Under the pieces are notes generated by a model. That model searched no databases and had not been told where the DNA came from. It saw nothing but the letters and a program-made list of their open reading frames with translations. This document shows, piece by piece, positions 25,537-36,242 of a DNA stretch of 64,000 nt; positions within the stretch are counted from its first letter, which is position 1, and every line of letters begins with the position of its first letter. Origin of the DNA: Deltaproteobacteria bacterium (GTDB lineage Bacteria; Myxococcota; Myxococcia; SLRQ01); NCBI GenBank assembly GCA_007130885.1, contig SLRQ01000005.1, positions 5,542 to 69,541 of the forward strand, written 5' to 3'. Made by a program: the position numbers and the translations under genes.

Positions 25537-27749
25537 TCAGCCTTGCAGATTGACAACGAAAAAAGCGGTTCTTCCGGGCAGTGGGTATCCGTAAAGATCT
25601 TCCAGACGGCGATCGTTCAAGAGATTCGCAACGTGAAGCCCGACGGATAGGTTTCGCCGGATTCCTACTTCGGCGCCTGCTCCGAACAGGGTTCGGCCGG
25701 GTATGGAACGTGTGTTTGCCCTGTTTCTTGGGGCGGAGGACTGGACCTCGAGATCACTGTTGATATCGAGCCTCCCGATGCTCGCGGTCACTCCGGCGAA
25801 GCCTCGATGTCTCGGCCGGTACGGAAGCGTTTGCCCGTGGACGTTGGGCTTCGGCGATAGGTTGACGGCATCGGTCAGGGTATAGGCGCACGATGCCGAC
25901 AGCCAATCGGTGGGTCGCCATTTCGCCTCCGCCTCGAGACCTCTAGTCAACGCTTCTCCCACGTTGAACGGCCGCAGACGCAGAGGAGGGAAGAGTTCAT
26001 AGGTTATTAGGTCTCGATATCGGCTGTGCCATCCCATCACTCGCAAATGAACCTGGTCTTGCGCAAGCTCGACTCCTCCGTCGAACGTGACGGCCGACTC
26101 CGGCTGGAGCTCATCGTTGTTGGCGATGAGCGCCGTTGATCCATGAAGCTCGAAAAGGGTGGGCATGCGCACGCCTCTGCCCACGTTGGCTGACAGCACA
26201 ATGGATGCGGGAAGGGTGATATTCGCGCCGAATCGTGGAGAGAGTGTCGCAGGGTGGCCGCCGAAGGCGTCGAGCCTGATGCCGCCGTGCAGTGTCAAAA
26301 GGTCGTTTGCGAGAAAAGCCGTGTCGGAGACGAGCAGTGAGGCCGCCGGCCGAGTGGTTGCCGCCCCAGTGCCCGATAGCATTTCCATGCTGGCTTCACC
26401 GGAGATCTGGAGAGCCGTGCCGGCCACCAGGGCTTCCGCGGAGCTTCGCAAACCGATTACTCGGCGAGAGTTGGTAAAGGGGCTGCCCAGGCCGGGCGCG
26501 GGGTTCTCGCCCGGCTCATACTCATAGCCGTCGCCGGACATCCACGTAGCGGCGCTCCAACGGACGGACCTGTTGCCCACGGGATCGGAAGTGAAAATGC
26601 CGCCAAGAAGCGACCGTGTCGTGTCGCTGGTCGCCCCCGGTGATGGAAAGCCGACCATGCCGGCAACATCTCTTCGGTTCTTGTGTCCGAAGGCCGTAAT
26701 CTGAAGATGGCCGCCGCTCGCCGGTACCGAAGTCGACAGGATGCCGGAGCCCGAGAGCAGATTGTTGTTATCGCGTTCTTGGGTGGACCAGCTTGCGTCC
26801 GGTATGTTCGGGGTCAACAATCTTTCATACTCGAAGGTACCGCGAGAGGCATAAAGATCGATGCCGGCCGCCGCTCGGACGTTGCCGTCGGTTCCCCTCC
26901 AACCGGCAGCGGTACCGACGCTCTCGAGGCTGTCGCCCCGCGCGGTCAAGGAGCGTTTCGGCTCGAGATCATGGGATGCGCCGGGCGTCAAGGGATTCAG
27001 ATGCAACACTCCGCCCAGAGCTCCCGCTCCGTGTATTGCCGCCTCGGTGCCTCTTGTCACCACCATGCTCTCCAGAAGACTGGGTGGTACGGCGGACAGA
27101 TCGACCGCGCCTCCCCCCGGCGGAGTGATCGGGAGACCGGCCAAGGTTACGACCACCTGATCCGCCGCGGAGCCTCGAATGGAAGCAGTGATCGGTGATC
27201 CGGGCGCTCCACTTCGCCTGAGCGTTACACCGGGGGAACGAGAAATGGCCCTGCCGATGTCTATGGTGGCCCTGTCGGCCCCGCCGATCTCGATCTTGGT
27301 TGCGGCCGATGTTGGCGAGGCTTTATCGGCGGTGTCTCGGTGCACGCCGGCCGCGGTAACGTCTATCGTGGGAGCTTCCAGGACCGTCGTGCCCGAGCGC
27401 TCCCCGCGTTCATCGTCACCGGAAGTCTCATCATCGCTTTCCGTAACGTCGTTGTCATTCTCGCTTGCAGGATCGACAGGCTCGATGCTCGCTGCTTCGG
27501 AAGACTTCTCTTCATGCGCCGCGTCGTCCGCCTTCAGCGGCGAAGCAGTGCCGAGAAGTAATGACGCTGCCGCCAGGAGGGCAAGACGAGCGGAAAGCGA
27601 GGCTGGAAGATCTTCTAGCCGGCCTGCAGACGCTGGAATAGGTAAAGGCCCCGGTCCGGCTTCCTCATGGCTCCATTCCGGCCTACGCCGGAATGACAAT
27701 AGGGGCGCTGTTGCCGCCTTGCCTCGTGTCCCGCTGAACCGGATTTCCA
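25537..27749 (-). CDS. btuB: TonB-dependent outer-membrane receptor, cobalamin-type
   Basis: Plug domain (…GAPGSPITASIRGSAADQVVVTLAGLPI…) and a C-terminal beta-barrel. Immediately downstream, in transcript sense, of a cobalamin riboswitch. The start is ambiguous: the signal-like h-region LALLAAASLLLGTASPLKA lies ~50 aa after the first RBS-supported ATG at 27749. Confidence 0.8.
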
Positions 27750-27814
27750 TTTTTGGCTGCCTCTTTCGACCGAAGAGTCGAGCCACGACGCCCGTGAGGA
27801 TGTCGTCGCACATG

Positions 27815-28005
27815 GCTTGCAGGCAGGTTTCCTGGCTTCCGGGTTCGGATGCTGGTTTGCATCTTGCGCAATCTTCCGCCTTCCCCGCTTACGAGGCGAG
27901 TGGCGCATGGACGATCGCTCCCCGGCTACAGTGGCGGGACCGCGCCGGCTTTTGACCGGTCTTCCCTTTCAACCCCGAGTCCTTTTCGTATCAATCGGGA
28001 CTTGG
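27815..28005 (-). promoter_or_regulatory. cobalamin (AdoCbl) riboswitch in the 5' leader of btuB
   Basis: Minus strand contains AAAGGGAAGACCGGTCAAAAGCCGG (GGGAA/GGTGaAA core), CCCGCCACTG (B12 box) and a 3' CAGCATCC...GCCAGGAAACCTGCC element, in the canonical order. It sits directly upstream of the TonB-dependent receptor. Confidence 0.8.
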
Positions 28006-28135
28006 AGCACCTGCAGCCTCTATTCGAATTGCGGGCACCGTAAATGAAGGTATCTTCGGATGTCAACACCTTCAGTGAATCCCAAATCGTCGGGTGTCTG
28101 TCTCGAGTGGCGTAGGCGGTATGCGGTGAGCGGCG

Positions 28136-28162
28136 GTGCGGGCCGCGCACCGCGGCCCGCAC
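28136..28162. terminator. perfect GC-rich hairpin between comEA 3' end and the btuB riboswitch (possible terminator/insulator)
   Basis: GTGCGGGCCGCG-cacc-CGCGGCCCGCAC, an 11-12-bp perfect stem. No clear U-tract. Confidence 0.35.
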
Positions 28163-28189
28163 TATTGGCTCCTAATTCCGTTCATCCGG

Positions 28190-28525
28190 CTACGGCTGCT
28201 TTGTCGTGATATACGGCAGCAGCTTTTGCAAAGTAGCCTCTCCGATTCCGTTTACGCGAACCAGCTCGTGAGGCAGCCGGAAAGGTCGGACATTTCGTGA
28301 TGCGATGATGCGTTCCGCCAGCACCGGCCCAATCCCCGGAATCGACATGAGCTCCTCCAAGGAGGCGGAGTTGATGTCGACCCGGTGTTGCCCGGCCTCC
28401 ACTCGGGACTGCTCCCGCGATGGCGCCTCCTGTGCCATCGACGGAAGGGCGAGAGTGAAGGCCAGAGCGAAGACAATCAGTGCAATTGTGCTCTTCGTGA
28501 ACGCGACGATCTTTTGTGAGTACAT
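28190..28525 (-). CDS. comEA: ComEA-family helix-hairpin-helix DNA-binding protein
   Basis: Signal/anchor then INSASLEELMSIPGIGPVLAERII...VNGIGEATLQKL, a tandem HhH motif. RBS GGGGAG. Confidence 0.75.
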   Translation of the reverse strand: MYSQKIVAFTKSTIALIVFALAFTLALPSMAQEAPSREQSRVEAGQHRVDINSASLEELMSIPGIGPVLAERIIASRNVRPFRLPHELVRVNGIGEATLQKLLPYITTKQP

Positions 28526-28613
28526 GTGTTCTCCCCGTTTTTTTTTTCGGATAGGTCACCTGGAACCTTCCGAGTAGGCGATTCAGTCAAAGACGATCGA
28601 TCTGCGAATGAAG

Positions 28614-28862
28614 CTACGAGGGCCGGCCCGCGGGTGAGCTAGCTTCATGTCCCGTGGCGGTGCCGGCGCGGTCGACGCCGTTTCTCTGGCCGACCTCCGT
28701 CCGCTTGCGTATTTGGAGCTTCCCCTCGATAGGTAGTACGTCCAAGAGCACGTTTATCGAGCCGTCTTGATTTATGAATGCTCGCCCGGCGTGCTTCCAG
28801 AACGATTTGGTGTTTCTGTCGATGGGGTCGCGTATGGACCAAACCTCCAATGGATCACTCAT
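28614..28862 (-). CDS. hypothetical small protein
   Basis: ATG at 28862 preceded by GGAGGAGG. 83-aa product MSDPLEVWSIRDPIDRNTKSFWKHAGRAF... No recognisable family. Confidence 0.4.
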   Translation of the reverse strand: MSDPLEVWSIRDPIDRNTKSFWKHAGRAFINQDGSINVLLDVLPIEGKLQIRKRTEVGQRNGVDRAGTATGHEASSPAGRPS

Positions 28863-29023
28863 GACCTCCTCCTTGTGAGAGTGTGCCGGGCCCGCGTCGG
28901 CTGATACGGAGCCCGACACGGGCAAGAGCAAGGCAGGTGCCAGGTCGCCAAGTCCCCGAATAAAGGGCGACCGGCCTCTCGATAGGAGTGGGCGCCGGAC
29001 CGGATCTTGGACGAGCGGTCCGA

Positions 29024-29485
29024 CTATCCGTCGATGCCGGTTTCTCCGAGGAGGGTCACGGTGCGCTCTATGCGCCTGGCCCTGGTTTCCGGGCGTTTGG
29101 CCTCCGCAACCCAGTCCAGGTACTCCTTTTTGTGGGAGTGAGAGAGGTCTTGGAAGGCGGACCTGGCCCGATCGTTGTCGGCCAGGGCCTTCGAGAGATC
29201 CCCCGGCACCTCTAGAGTGCCCATCCTGGGGTCGACCGATATCACTACCTGTGCATTATCCCCCGCTTCGAGACTGGCACCCTTGCGCATCTCTCGATTA
29301 AGCATGAGGTAATGACCACCATCACCATCGGGGAACACCGATGTGTCTATCGGAAAGCCATTTATGAGGCCAGCCACCGGAACGCGACCGTTGCTGCCCA
29401 GCTGCCGGCTGGCTGCCGCAGGCAGGTCGAGGCAGGTGAATCTCCCCCTTCGTATTACGGTCGCGTTGAACTTGATCCGGGCCAT
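29024..29485 (-). CDS. DUF1905/YdeI-like domain protein
   Basis: MARIKFNATVIRRGRFTCLDLPAAASRQLGSNGRVPVAGLINGFPIDTSVFPDGDGGHYLMLN is the DUF1905 pattern. AGGAGG RBS before ATG 29485. Confidence 0.55.
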   Translation of the reverse strand: MARIKFNATVIRRGRFTCLDLPAAASRQLGSNGRVPVAGLINGFPIDTSVFPDGDGGHYLMLNREMRKGASLEAGDNAQVVISVDPRMGTLEVPGDLSKALADNDRARSAFQDLSHSHKKEYLDWVAEAKRPETRARRIERTVTLLGETGIDG

Positions 29486-29607
29486 GCGGGAACTACCTCC
29501 TGAATCCATGATACCTCGTACCGCGCCTCTTTGCGCACAAAGAAGTCCTTTATCGTGGATCGTTTCGATGGACGCCTCCCGAATGAAGTGCTAACCGTCC
29601 CGGTTCT

Positions 29608-30522
29608 ATGGTCCCAATGGAAAAGATTTCGCCCAAAAAGGCAACGCGTGCTCCTCGGCTCTCCCCAGGGAATGGCGGCCGCGGGTTGGTTTCCTTGCTG
29701 TCGCTTTCGCTTCTAGCGGTGTGGATTTGCTTGGCTTGCGCCACCGGGCGTCCCGAGCCGATACCGGAGCCTGGTACGCCTTCGTACAAGGAGGCGGCCG
29801 AGGCAGCGTTCGACTCAGCCCAAACGGCTTATGACAGGCGTGATTACACCTTGGCGGTCGAGCGCTTCGAGAGGGTTCGGAACAGATACCCGCACTCACC
29901 GTACGCCGCGCTCGCCGAGCTTGGGATCTCCGATGCCTTGTTCGCGCAGGACAGATTCCTGGAAGCGGCTGACGCATATAGTACTTTCGTCAGCCTTCGC
30001 CCCGCCCACCCCCAGGCCCATTACGCGGCATGGCGGGAGGCCTTGTCGCTTATGCGACAGGCCCCGTCGGATCTGTGGATACTGCCGCCGGCTCACGAAA
30101 AGGACCTCACGCACGTGAGGGAGGTAATCGACGTGCTCGAGAGGTTCATGTTCGAGTACCCGGAGAGCGAGCATGTGGATGAGGCGCGAGAGTTGCTGGA
30201 CGATGCGTTATCGAGGCTTGCCAGGCACGAGCTTTACGTGGCTGACTTCTACAAGCGCCGCGGCCAGTGGCGGGCGGTGGTGTTCCGCTTGGAGAATGTG
30301 CTGGACAGCTACGGTGGCCTCGGTTTCGACGAGCTGGCAAAGACGGGGCTTGCCGAGGCGTATCTGAAACTCGATGATCCTCGTCCGTCCGATGCCGTTC
30401 GGATCTTGAAGGAGGTGCTGTCCGGCGATGATCTCGATTCCGATATCGAGGCGCGGGCCGAGCGACTCCTATCGGAAGCCGTTCACCTGGCGGAGGAGCA
30501 GAGCCGACAGGGGGAGGACTGA
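29608..30522 (+). CDS. bamD: outer membrane protein assembly factor BamD-like TPR lipoprotein
   Basis: Lipoprotein signal ...AVWICLACATG. TPR-like helices (AQTAYDRRDYTLAVERFERVRNRYPHSPYAALAELGISDALFAQDRFLEAADAY) typical of BamD/YfiO. Confidence 0.65.
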   Translation: MVPMEKISPKKATRAPRLSPGNGGRGLVSLLSLSLLAVWICLACATGRPEPIPEPGTPSYKEAAEAAFDSAQTAYDRRDYTLAVERFERVRNRYPHSPYAALAELGISDALFAQDRFLEAADAYSTFVSLRPAHPQAHYAAWREALSLMRQAPSDLWILPPAHEKDLTHVREVIDVLERFMFEYPESEHVDEARELLDDALSRLARHELYVADFYKRRGQWRAVVFRLENVLDSYGGLGFDELAKTGLAEAYLKLDDPRPSDAVRILKEVLSGDDLDSDIEARAERLLSEAVHLAEEQSRQGED

Positions 30523-31220
30523 TGGGCTATGGGTCGACGGTGAGCGACCGGTCGGCTCTATATCTGCTGGCAGGCGTGATTTGTGCCGGCGCGGTGGGAT
30601 GCGAACTCATCATCGGTCCTAGCTGGGCCATCAACCGCGCTCTTGACGAGATCTCAGAAGCCGGCATCCAAGATAAGGCTGAAGGCACCGATCTCCAGTT
30701 TCGCTTCGTCAGCAGAACTATGGAAGTCGAAGGCGATGAGGCTACTGTTTTTGCGCGAGGAGAGGCTTCCGGCTTCTTGCAAGGAGTAAGGACCGAGTGC
30801 ATTTGCGTGGAGGCCATTCCTTTTGTGCGAGCCGAGGGAGGCTGGAGTGTAGACGGCTTCCCCCTGGCTCGACTGGCGGCGGTGTCCGCGGCGCTCGATG
30901 CGCGTCACAAAGCGTTCGAGAATAGGGATGTGGATGCCTACAGGGCTCTTGCTCACGCCGACTACGGCGATGATCCGGATTCCTTGCGGGATCTGAGGGC
31001 CCGCCTCGAGACCGTTCTCGCGGATGTGGGAGATGAGCCCGTAAGGCAAGAGATTCTAGCCCGCACCATGAGGGTTGAACGTAACGAAGCGATCGTGACC
31101 GAACGATGGAGACTCTCATTCGGTGAGGATGACGCCGGAGAGGAAGCGGTGGAGGGGCGGGCACGTTACGTCTTGGTGCCGACGGATGATGGCTGGCGCT
31201 TTACCTCCGGCCTGATGTAG
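30522..31220 (+). CDS. hypothetical lipoprotein (NTF2/SnoaL-like fold suspected)
   Basis: Start overlaps the bamD stop (ATGA). N-terminal [14 protein letters not shown] lipobox. No confident family assignment. Confidence 0.45.
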   Translation: MGYGSTVSDRSALYLLAGVICAGAVGCELIIGPSWAINRALDEISEAGIQDKAEGTDLQFRFVSRTMEVEGDEATVFARGEASGFLQGVRTECICVEAIPFVRAEGGWSVDGFPLARLAAVSAALDARHKAFENRDVDAYRALAHADYGDDPDSLRDLRARLETVLADVGDEPVRQEILARTMRVERNEAIVTERWRLSFGEDDAGEEAVEGRARYVLVPTDDGWRFTSGLM

Positions 31221-31230
31221 CTTCTATGGT

Positions 31231-31941
31231 ATGGACGAACGAGTGAAGCAGCTCCTGTCGTTGGGAAAGAGCCACTACTTGCGCGGGGAGTATGAGCAGG
31301 CCGAACGCTGCCTCGCCGAGGTCGTCGAGCATGGCCAGGCCTTCGCCGATGTGTACAACATGCTCGGGGTCATCTATCACGACTGGGAGGAGGTCGAGGA
31401 GGCGAGAGCCGCATTCGAGGAAGCCTTGAACCTGAACCCGGGCTACACCGAGGCGGCGCTGAATCTCGCCGTCATTTACAACGACGAGGGTCGTTACGAA
31501 GAAGCGAAGGATCTCTACCGGCGGGCAAGGGAGAAGAACTACGCTACCAAGGGGAACATGGATCACTTCGTTCTCGGTAAGGTCGCCAATATGTACGCCG
31601 AGATAGGAGATGTTTTCGCCAGCAGCGGTGTTTGGGACAAGGCGATCCGCGAGTACCGAAATGCGCTGGAGCTGTGCCCTGATTTCGTGGACATACGGAT
31701 GCGGCTCGCCGGGGCGCTTCGAGACAAAGGCGAGAAGGATTCGGCGGTAAGTGAGCTGGAGTCGGCCGTTGCGAGCAGGCCCGAACACCTGCCGGCGCGA
31801 GTAGCGCTGGGTGTCGCGCTGTTCTCGGCGGGACGGACCGACGATGCCATGGCATGCTGGGAGCACGTGTTGCGAGAGAATCCCGACGACCGAACCGCGA
31901 ACATGTACTTGCGGCTCGTTCGGGGAACCGGAACGTCTTGA
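31231..31941 (+). CDS. tetratricopeptide-repeat protein
   Basis: Repeated TPR helices (…[69 protein letters not shown]…). Confidence 0.65.
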   Translation: MDERVKQLLSLGKSHYLRGEYEQAERCLAEVVEHGQAFADVYNMLGVIYHDWEEVEEARAAFEEALNLNPGYTEAALNLAVIYNDEGRYEEAKDLYRRAREKNYATKGNMDHFVLGKVANMYAEIGDVFASSGVWDKAIREYRNALELCPDFVDIRMRLAGALRDKGEKDSAVSELESAVASRPEHLPARVALGVALFSAGRTDDAMACWEHVLRENPDDRTANMYLRLVRGTGTS

Positions 31942-32006
31942 GCAACGCGGGACCGGCTAGCCATGGGACGAATATGTTGATATTTACCGGCCTACACTAG
32001 GCGGGG

Positions 32007-32975
32007 TTGTCTTTAGAGGGTTCATCAGTGGAAGCCAAGGACAAAAGAACGGAAGAGAAAGAGCACGAGGGCTTCGCTCTCAAGTTTCTTAGCGGAAAAC
32101 ATCAGGGTACCGAGTTTCCGCTTCAAAACGGCAGCGAGATCATCATAGGACGCGCAAGTGACATACCGGGCAGCATGGTCCTCGATGAGGAGAAGGTCTC
32201 TCGCAAGCACGCAAGGCTCCTCTGCGCGGGCAGCAATCTGGTGCTTCAGGATCTTGGAAGCACCAACGGTACGTTTGTCAACGGGGAGAGGATCAACGCC
32301 GCGCGACTCGAGGAGGGGGACCGGATTCTTATAGGAAGCAGCATACTCAAGCTCATCGTAAGAACCGGCGACGAAGACACCCACGAAGCCCACGCCCAAT
32401 CGCGGATGGCAAGAAAGGCGGAACGGAACCAAGGGTTCAGCATGTCCGGCCGGCTCGAGGACGTCCCGATGCCCGACGTACTCCAACTCATCGGGAGCAG
32501 CAGACAAAGCGGGGTGTTGAAGATAAGTGCCGGGAGAAGCGGCCGAGTCTATATTCGCGAGGGTCAGATTTTTCACGCGGAAATCGACGGAGAAGAGCAT
32601 TTGGGCCCGCGGAAAGCGCTCAGCAGGCTGGTGGGCTGGGAGGAAGGCGCGTTCGAGTTGGGACCGCCTGCGGGTGATGAGATTGAAACAACGCTCTGCG
32701 AGCAGACCGAAGCGCTCATTATGGACGCGCTCCGTCAGCTTGACGAGCTTCGGCTGATACAGTCCGATCTGCCTTCCAGCGATGCGACTGTAACGCTGCA
32801 ACAGGAACTCGAGAGTCCTTTGCGCGACCTGTCACCGGAAAAGCTCGACCTTCTTCAACTGGCTCACAACTGTAAAACGGTGCAGGAAGTCCTCGACGCC
32901 TCCAGCCTTTCCGATGTGGACGCCGCGGGGCACCTCTTGTTCCTAATAAACAAGGGCTACGTTTACTCGAGGTAG
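32007..32975 (+). CDS. FHA domain - DUF4388/PATAN domain protein
   Basis: N-terminal FHA (IIIGRASDIPGSMVLDEEKVSRKHARLLCAGSNLVLQDLGSTNGTFVNGERI). C-terminal DUF4388 (MPDVLQLIGSSRQSGVLKISAGRSGRVYIREGQIFHAEIDGEEHLGPRKAL). Confidence 0.7.
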   Translation: MSLEGSSVEAKDKRTEEKEHEGFALKFLSGKHQGTEFPLQNGSEIIIGRASDIPGSMVLDEEKVSRKHARLLCAGSNLVLQDLGSTNGTFVNGERINAARLEEGDRILIGSSILKLIVRTGDEDTHEAHAQSRMARKAERNQGFSMSGRLEDVPMPDVLQLIGSSRQSGVLKISAGRSGRVYIREGQIFHAEIDGEEHLGPRKALSRLVGWEEGAFELGPPAGDEIETTLCEQTEALIMDALRQLDELRLIQSDLPSSDATVTLQQELESPLRDLSPEKLDLLQLAHNCKTVQEVLDASSLSDVDAAGHLLFLINKGYVYSR

Positions 32976-34399
32976 CCCATTGGAAGCTCGTGACCATCGA
33001 GCTTCTCGGTAACCCTGGTGCGCTCTCCGGGGAATGGATGCCGGCTTATCTCAACCGCGCCCAGGCTCCACGGCTGCGGAGGATCGGGCTCTTCCGGATC
33101 GATCGTTCGATCATTGTGTATGCGAAAGCGGTAGGTCAACCCGCCTTGAAGATAACCGGTGCGGCTCTCTCCCGCCTGTATCATGCCGGTCAGCGGGTGG
33201 AAGGAGAGGCCCATGGTGTCTTCGACGAGACCTTGCTCGGAGGGCCTGACAATTCCGCGAGGGTGCTCACCGGAAAGCTCGACCGTGTCGGGTGAGGCTC
33301 GAGGGTGCGATGCGATCGGATTGAGGTTCTCGTCGACCAGCATAAGTCCAATAGAGACGTAGTGCTGGTGAGGAACGCTGATGTTCTGGCGGTGGTGGTC
33401 GCCGGTGTCCCATAGCTCGATGTCGTCGGTCTGTTCCGGGGCCACCTCGCTCACGGGACCGGTGACCATTATCTTGTACCATCGCCAGATGCGGCGGGGC
33501 CCGGTGTCTCCGGTTGGCCCGTCGTATCGTCCCGTACCGTCCGCGTCGTAGTAAGGCTCCTGCCGCCCTTCCGGCTGAACGACCTCGTTCCACTCGCCGC
33601 TGTCGTTGGTGTCGACGAACGGGTCTCCGTAGAGCGGGTCCATCTGGCCCGTGGGCATGCCGTGAGTGTGCACTACCAGCGTCGCGATCCCGTCTCGAGG
33701 GTTCCGTATCAGGCCCGCATTTTGATCGAACCAGCGGGGTTCGCCATCGTATGGGTCGCCGAGCGGTTCGACTCGCCACGGTCGCTCTCCCGGCGAGAGC
33801 ACCCACTCCAGGTTGCCGTCGCGGTCGAACTCGAACCTGCCGCACTCGGCTAGAAACCCGAAGCGCACATCGTCAACCGGCACATCGTTGCCTTCGATGT
33901 CCTGTGCTTCCACGGTGCAGGGGATGCGAACGGGCGCGTCCTGGGATCGAGGGCGCCTGGTGTTCTGAGCGGCGCACCAGAACCTGAACGATGCTCCATC
34001 CACCGGTGGAGGATCCGTCACGAAAAGGACGAGCCTGTCTTCTTGCTGCATTTTGTACGGATCGCTGTACGAAGCAGTGATCTCCACCTCCCCGTTGTAG
34101 GGGTACGGAGGTTTCCAGTGTACGGAGGCCTCTCCACCCGTTGTCTGGATGGTGGTCTCTGTCCGGTTCCTGTCCTGGAACTCACCGGTGGTGGTGGAGA
34201 GGTTGATTCGGGTGCCGTCATCGACGTGCTCGCCCCGGAACGATGCCGAAACGGTGATCCTCGCGGTTGTTCGACCATCCGAGGGGACGGTTTCGCTGTC
34301 CACCTTTATGGCCAGTATGGATTCGCTTTCGCCGCACCCGGCGGCAAGCGAGCCCGCGAGGAAGAGACAAACTGTACGGGAGCAGATCTTCATGAGCAC
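32963..34399 (-). CDS. hypothetical cell-surface lipoprotein
   Basis: Signal MLMKICSRTVCLFLAGSLAAGCGE (lipobox). Ig-like N-terminal region. No recognisable catalytic motifs. Confidence 0.5.
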   Translation of the reverse strand: MLMKICSRTVCLFLAGSLAAGCGESESILAIKVDSETVPSDGRTTARITVSASFRGEHVDDGTRINLSTTTGEFQDRNRTETTIQTTGGEASVHWKPPYPYNGEVEITASYSDPYKMQQEDRLVLFVTDPPPVDGASFRFWCAAQNTRRPRSQDAPVRIPCTVEAQDIEGNDVPVDDVRFGFLAECGRFEFDRDGNLEWVLSPGERPWRVEPLGDPYDGEPRWFDQNAGLIRNPRDGIATLVVHTHGMPTGQMDPLYGDPFVDTNDSGEWNEVVQPEGRQEPYYDADGTGRYDGPTGDTGPRRIWRWYKIMVTGPVSEVAPEQTDDIELWDTGDHHRQNISVPHQHYVSIGLMLVDENLNPIASHPRASPDTVELSGEHPRGIVRPSEQGLVEDTMGLSFHPLTGMIQAGESRTGYLQGGLTYRFRIHNDRTIDPEEPDPPQPWSLGAVEISRHPFPGERTRVTEKLDGHELPMGYLE

Positions 34400-34433
34400 A
34401 TGATAACCTACCCCTCCGGGTTGGAGCGAGTCC

Positions 34434-35597
34434 TTACCGGGTTGCCTGCGATGGCTCCCTTACCTGGCCGAAGGCCCACTCCAGCCACGGGAGCAATGCT
34501 TCTATGTCCGAGGACTCGACCGTAGCGCCTCCCCAGATCCTTATGCCTGGGGGGGCATCCTTGTATGAGCCTATGTCGTGCGCGACCCCTTCCGAGTCGA
34601 GCAGCGCGGCGATCTTCTTGGCTGTTGAGGCCCGGTCGGCGGGGGATAGCGCCGTGAACCAGGGGTCGACGATCTGCAGGCATATGGAGGTGCTGCTATG
34701 GGTAGCCGGGTCGGCCGCGAGGAAATCGATCCAGGAAGTTTTCTCTACCCAGCGGGAGATGACGGCGAGATTGGCCTCGGATCTCTCGATGAGACCCTCG
34801 AGACCACCAACCGACTCCGCCCATCGAAGTGCATCCAATGCATCCTCCGTGGCGAGCATCGATGGGGTGTTGATGGTCGAGCCTTCGAAGATGCCGGAGA
34901 TGAGCTTGCCGCCTTTCACTAAACGGAAGATCTTCGGCAGAGGCCTGTCCGTCGAGAAAGACTCCAGTCGCTCCACCGCTCTGGGCGAGAGAGCAAGCAT
35001 TCCGTGGGCCGCTTCGCCGCCCAGGACCTTTTGCCAAGACCAGGTGACTACATCCAGCTTGTCCCAAGGTACGTCCATGGCGAATACGCCGCTTGTGGCA
35101 TCGCAGAATGTCAGCCCCTCGCGATCTTCGGCGATCCAGTCGCCGCTCGGCACCTTGACCCCGGAGGTGGTCCCGTTCCAGGTGAAGACCACATCGCGCG
35201 AGAAGTCCGCCTTGGAGAGGTCTGGAAGCTCTCCGTAGTCCGCGGTGAATACCCGGGCGTCGGGTAGGCGAAGCTGCTTCTGGATGTCCGTTACCCAGCC
35301 CATTCCGAAGCTCTCCCAGGCGAACACGTCCACGCCGCGCGGGCCGAGCATGGACCACATGGCCATCTCGACGGCGCCCGTGTCGGATGCCGGCACTATG
35401 CCCAGCACGTAGTCCTCGGGCATCTTCAGAAGGGCCTTACTACGGGTGATCACCTCCTGGAGCTTTGCCTTGCCTACCTTCGAGCGGTGGGACCTGCCGG
35501 CGGGAAAGCCGGAAAGGGCATCTAGGGACCAGCCGGGGCGCTTTGCGCACGGGCCTGAGGAGAAACAGGGGTTGTTTGGTTTCTTTGTCGGCTTCAT
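34434..35597 (-). CDS. serC: phosphoserine aminotransferase (long, actinobacterial-type SerC)
   Basis: [49 protein letters not shown]... matches the ~375-aa SerC class. Confidence 0.8.
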   Translation of the reverse strand: MKPTKKPNNPCFSSGPCAKRPGWSLDALSGFPAGRSHRSKVGKAKLQEVITRSKALLKMPEDYVLGIVPASDTGAVEMAMWSMLGPRGVDVFAWESFGMGWVTDIQKQLRLPDARVFTADYGELPDLSKADFSRDVVFTWNGTTSGVKVPSGDWIAEDREGLTFCDATSGVFAMDVPWDKLDVVTWSWQKVLGGEAAHGMLALSPRAVERLESFSTDRPLPKIFRLVKGGKLISGIFEGSTINTPSMLATEDALDALRWAESVGGLEGLIERSEANLAVISRWVEKTSWIDFLAADPATHSSTSICLQIVDPWFTALSPADRASTAKKIAALLDSEGVAHDIGSYKDAPPGIRIWGGATVESSDIEALLPWLEWAFGQVREPSQATR

Positions 35598-35731
35598 GGC
35601 CAGGTCGAATAGCGACCCGAGAAGCTAAAGGCAAGCCTTCTTTTCGCTGCCTATCCGCTCGACCGTCCAAAAAGCTCGTGACAGGCTCGACTCTACACAA
35701 AACCTTTGGCAATGATTTGAAGGAATCCACG

Positions 35732-36166
35732 ATGGCAAAATTGGAATTCGAGCACATCATGCCTTGCCGTCTCGACCAGCCCTCGCTTTGCAGGTGGCTG
35801 ATCGAGGCTGTTCATGACACCGACGAGGTGCCCATTTGGCCTCACAGCCTCAATCGAGTTCGGATACCACGATTGGAGCCGGGCCAACCCTTCGAAGCGG
35901 AGTACAGGTTGCCCTTTCGTTCGATGAAGCTGCCTTATCTCGTTTCGGAATACCTGCCTGGTGAGGGATTCTCATATACGCCGGCATCCGGCCATCCCTT
36001 TCGCGGGTCGGTGCACGTCCGGGCGGTGCGGCATGAAGTCGGCTCCGCCTTGACGTGGTTCGGTGCTTATCAGGCTCGTTATTGGAGGCCGGAGCGTGCG
36101 TTCTTCCGCTTCTACTTCGAGCCTCGGTTCTTCGGTGCCCTGGGCCGAGGTCTCTCGAGGCTCTGA
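35732..36166 (+). CDS. hypothetical protein, SRPBCC/polyketide-cyclase-like fold suspected
   Basis: ATG at 35732 with AAGGAA RBS. The ORF-track start at 35465 would overlap serC on the opposite strand. Weak family signal. Confidence 0.4.
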   Translation: MAKLEFEHIMPCRLDQPSLCRWLIEAVHDTDEVPIWPHSLNRVRIPRLEPGQPFEAEYRLPFRSMKLPYLVSEYLPGEGFSYTPASGHPFRGSVHVRAVRHEVGSALTWFGAYQARYWRPERAFFRFYFEPRFFGALGRGLSRL

Positions 36167-36242
36167 TGCCAAACCGCGTACGCCAAACGCGCTCGTTCCT
36201 CGCAGTCCAGGTTTCATCACGGAGCGTTGAGGGGCACGGGCC

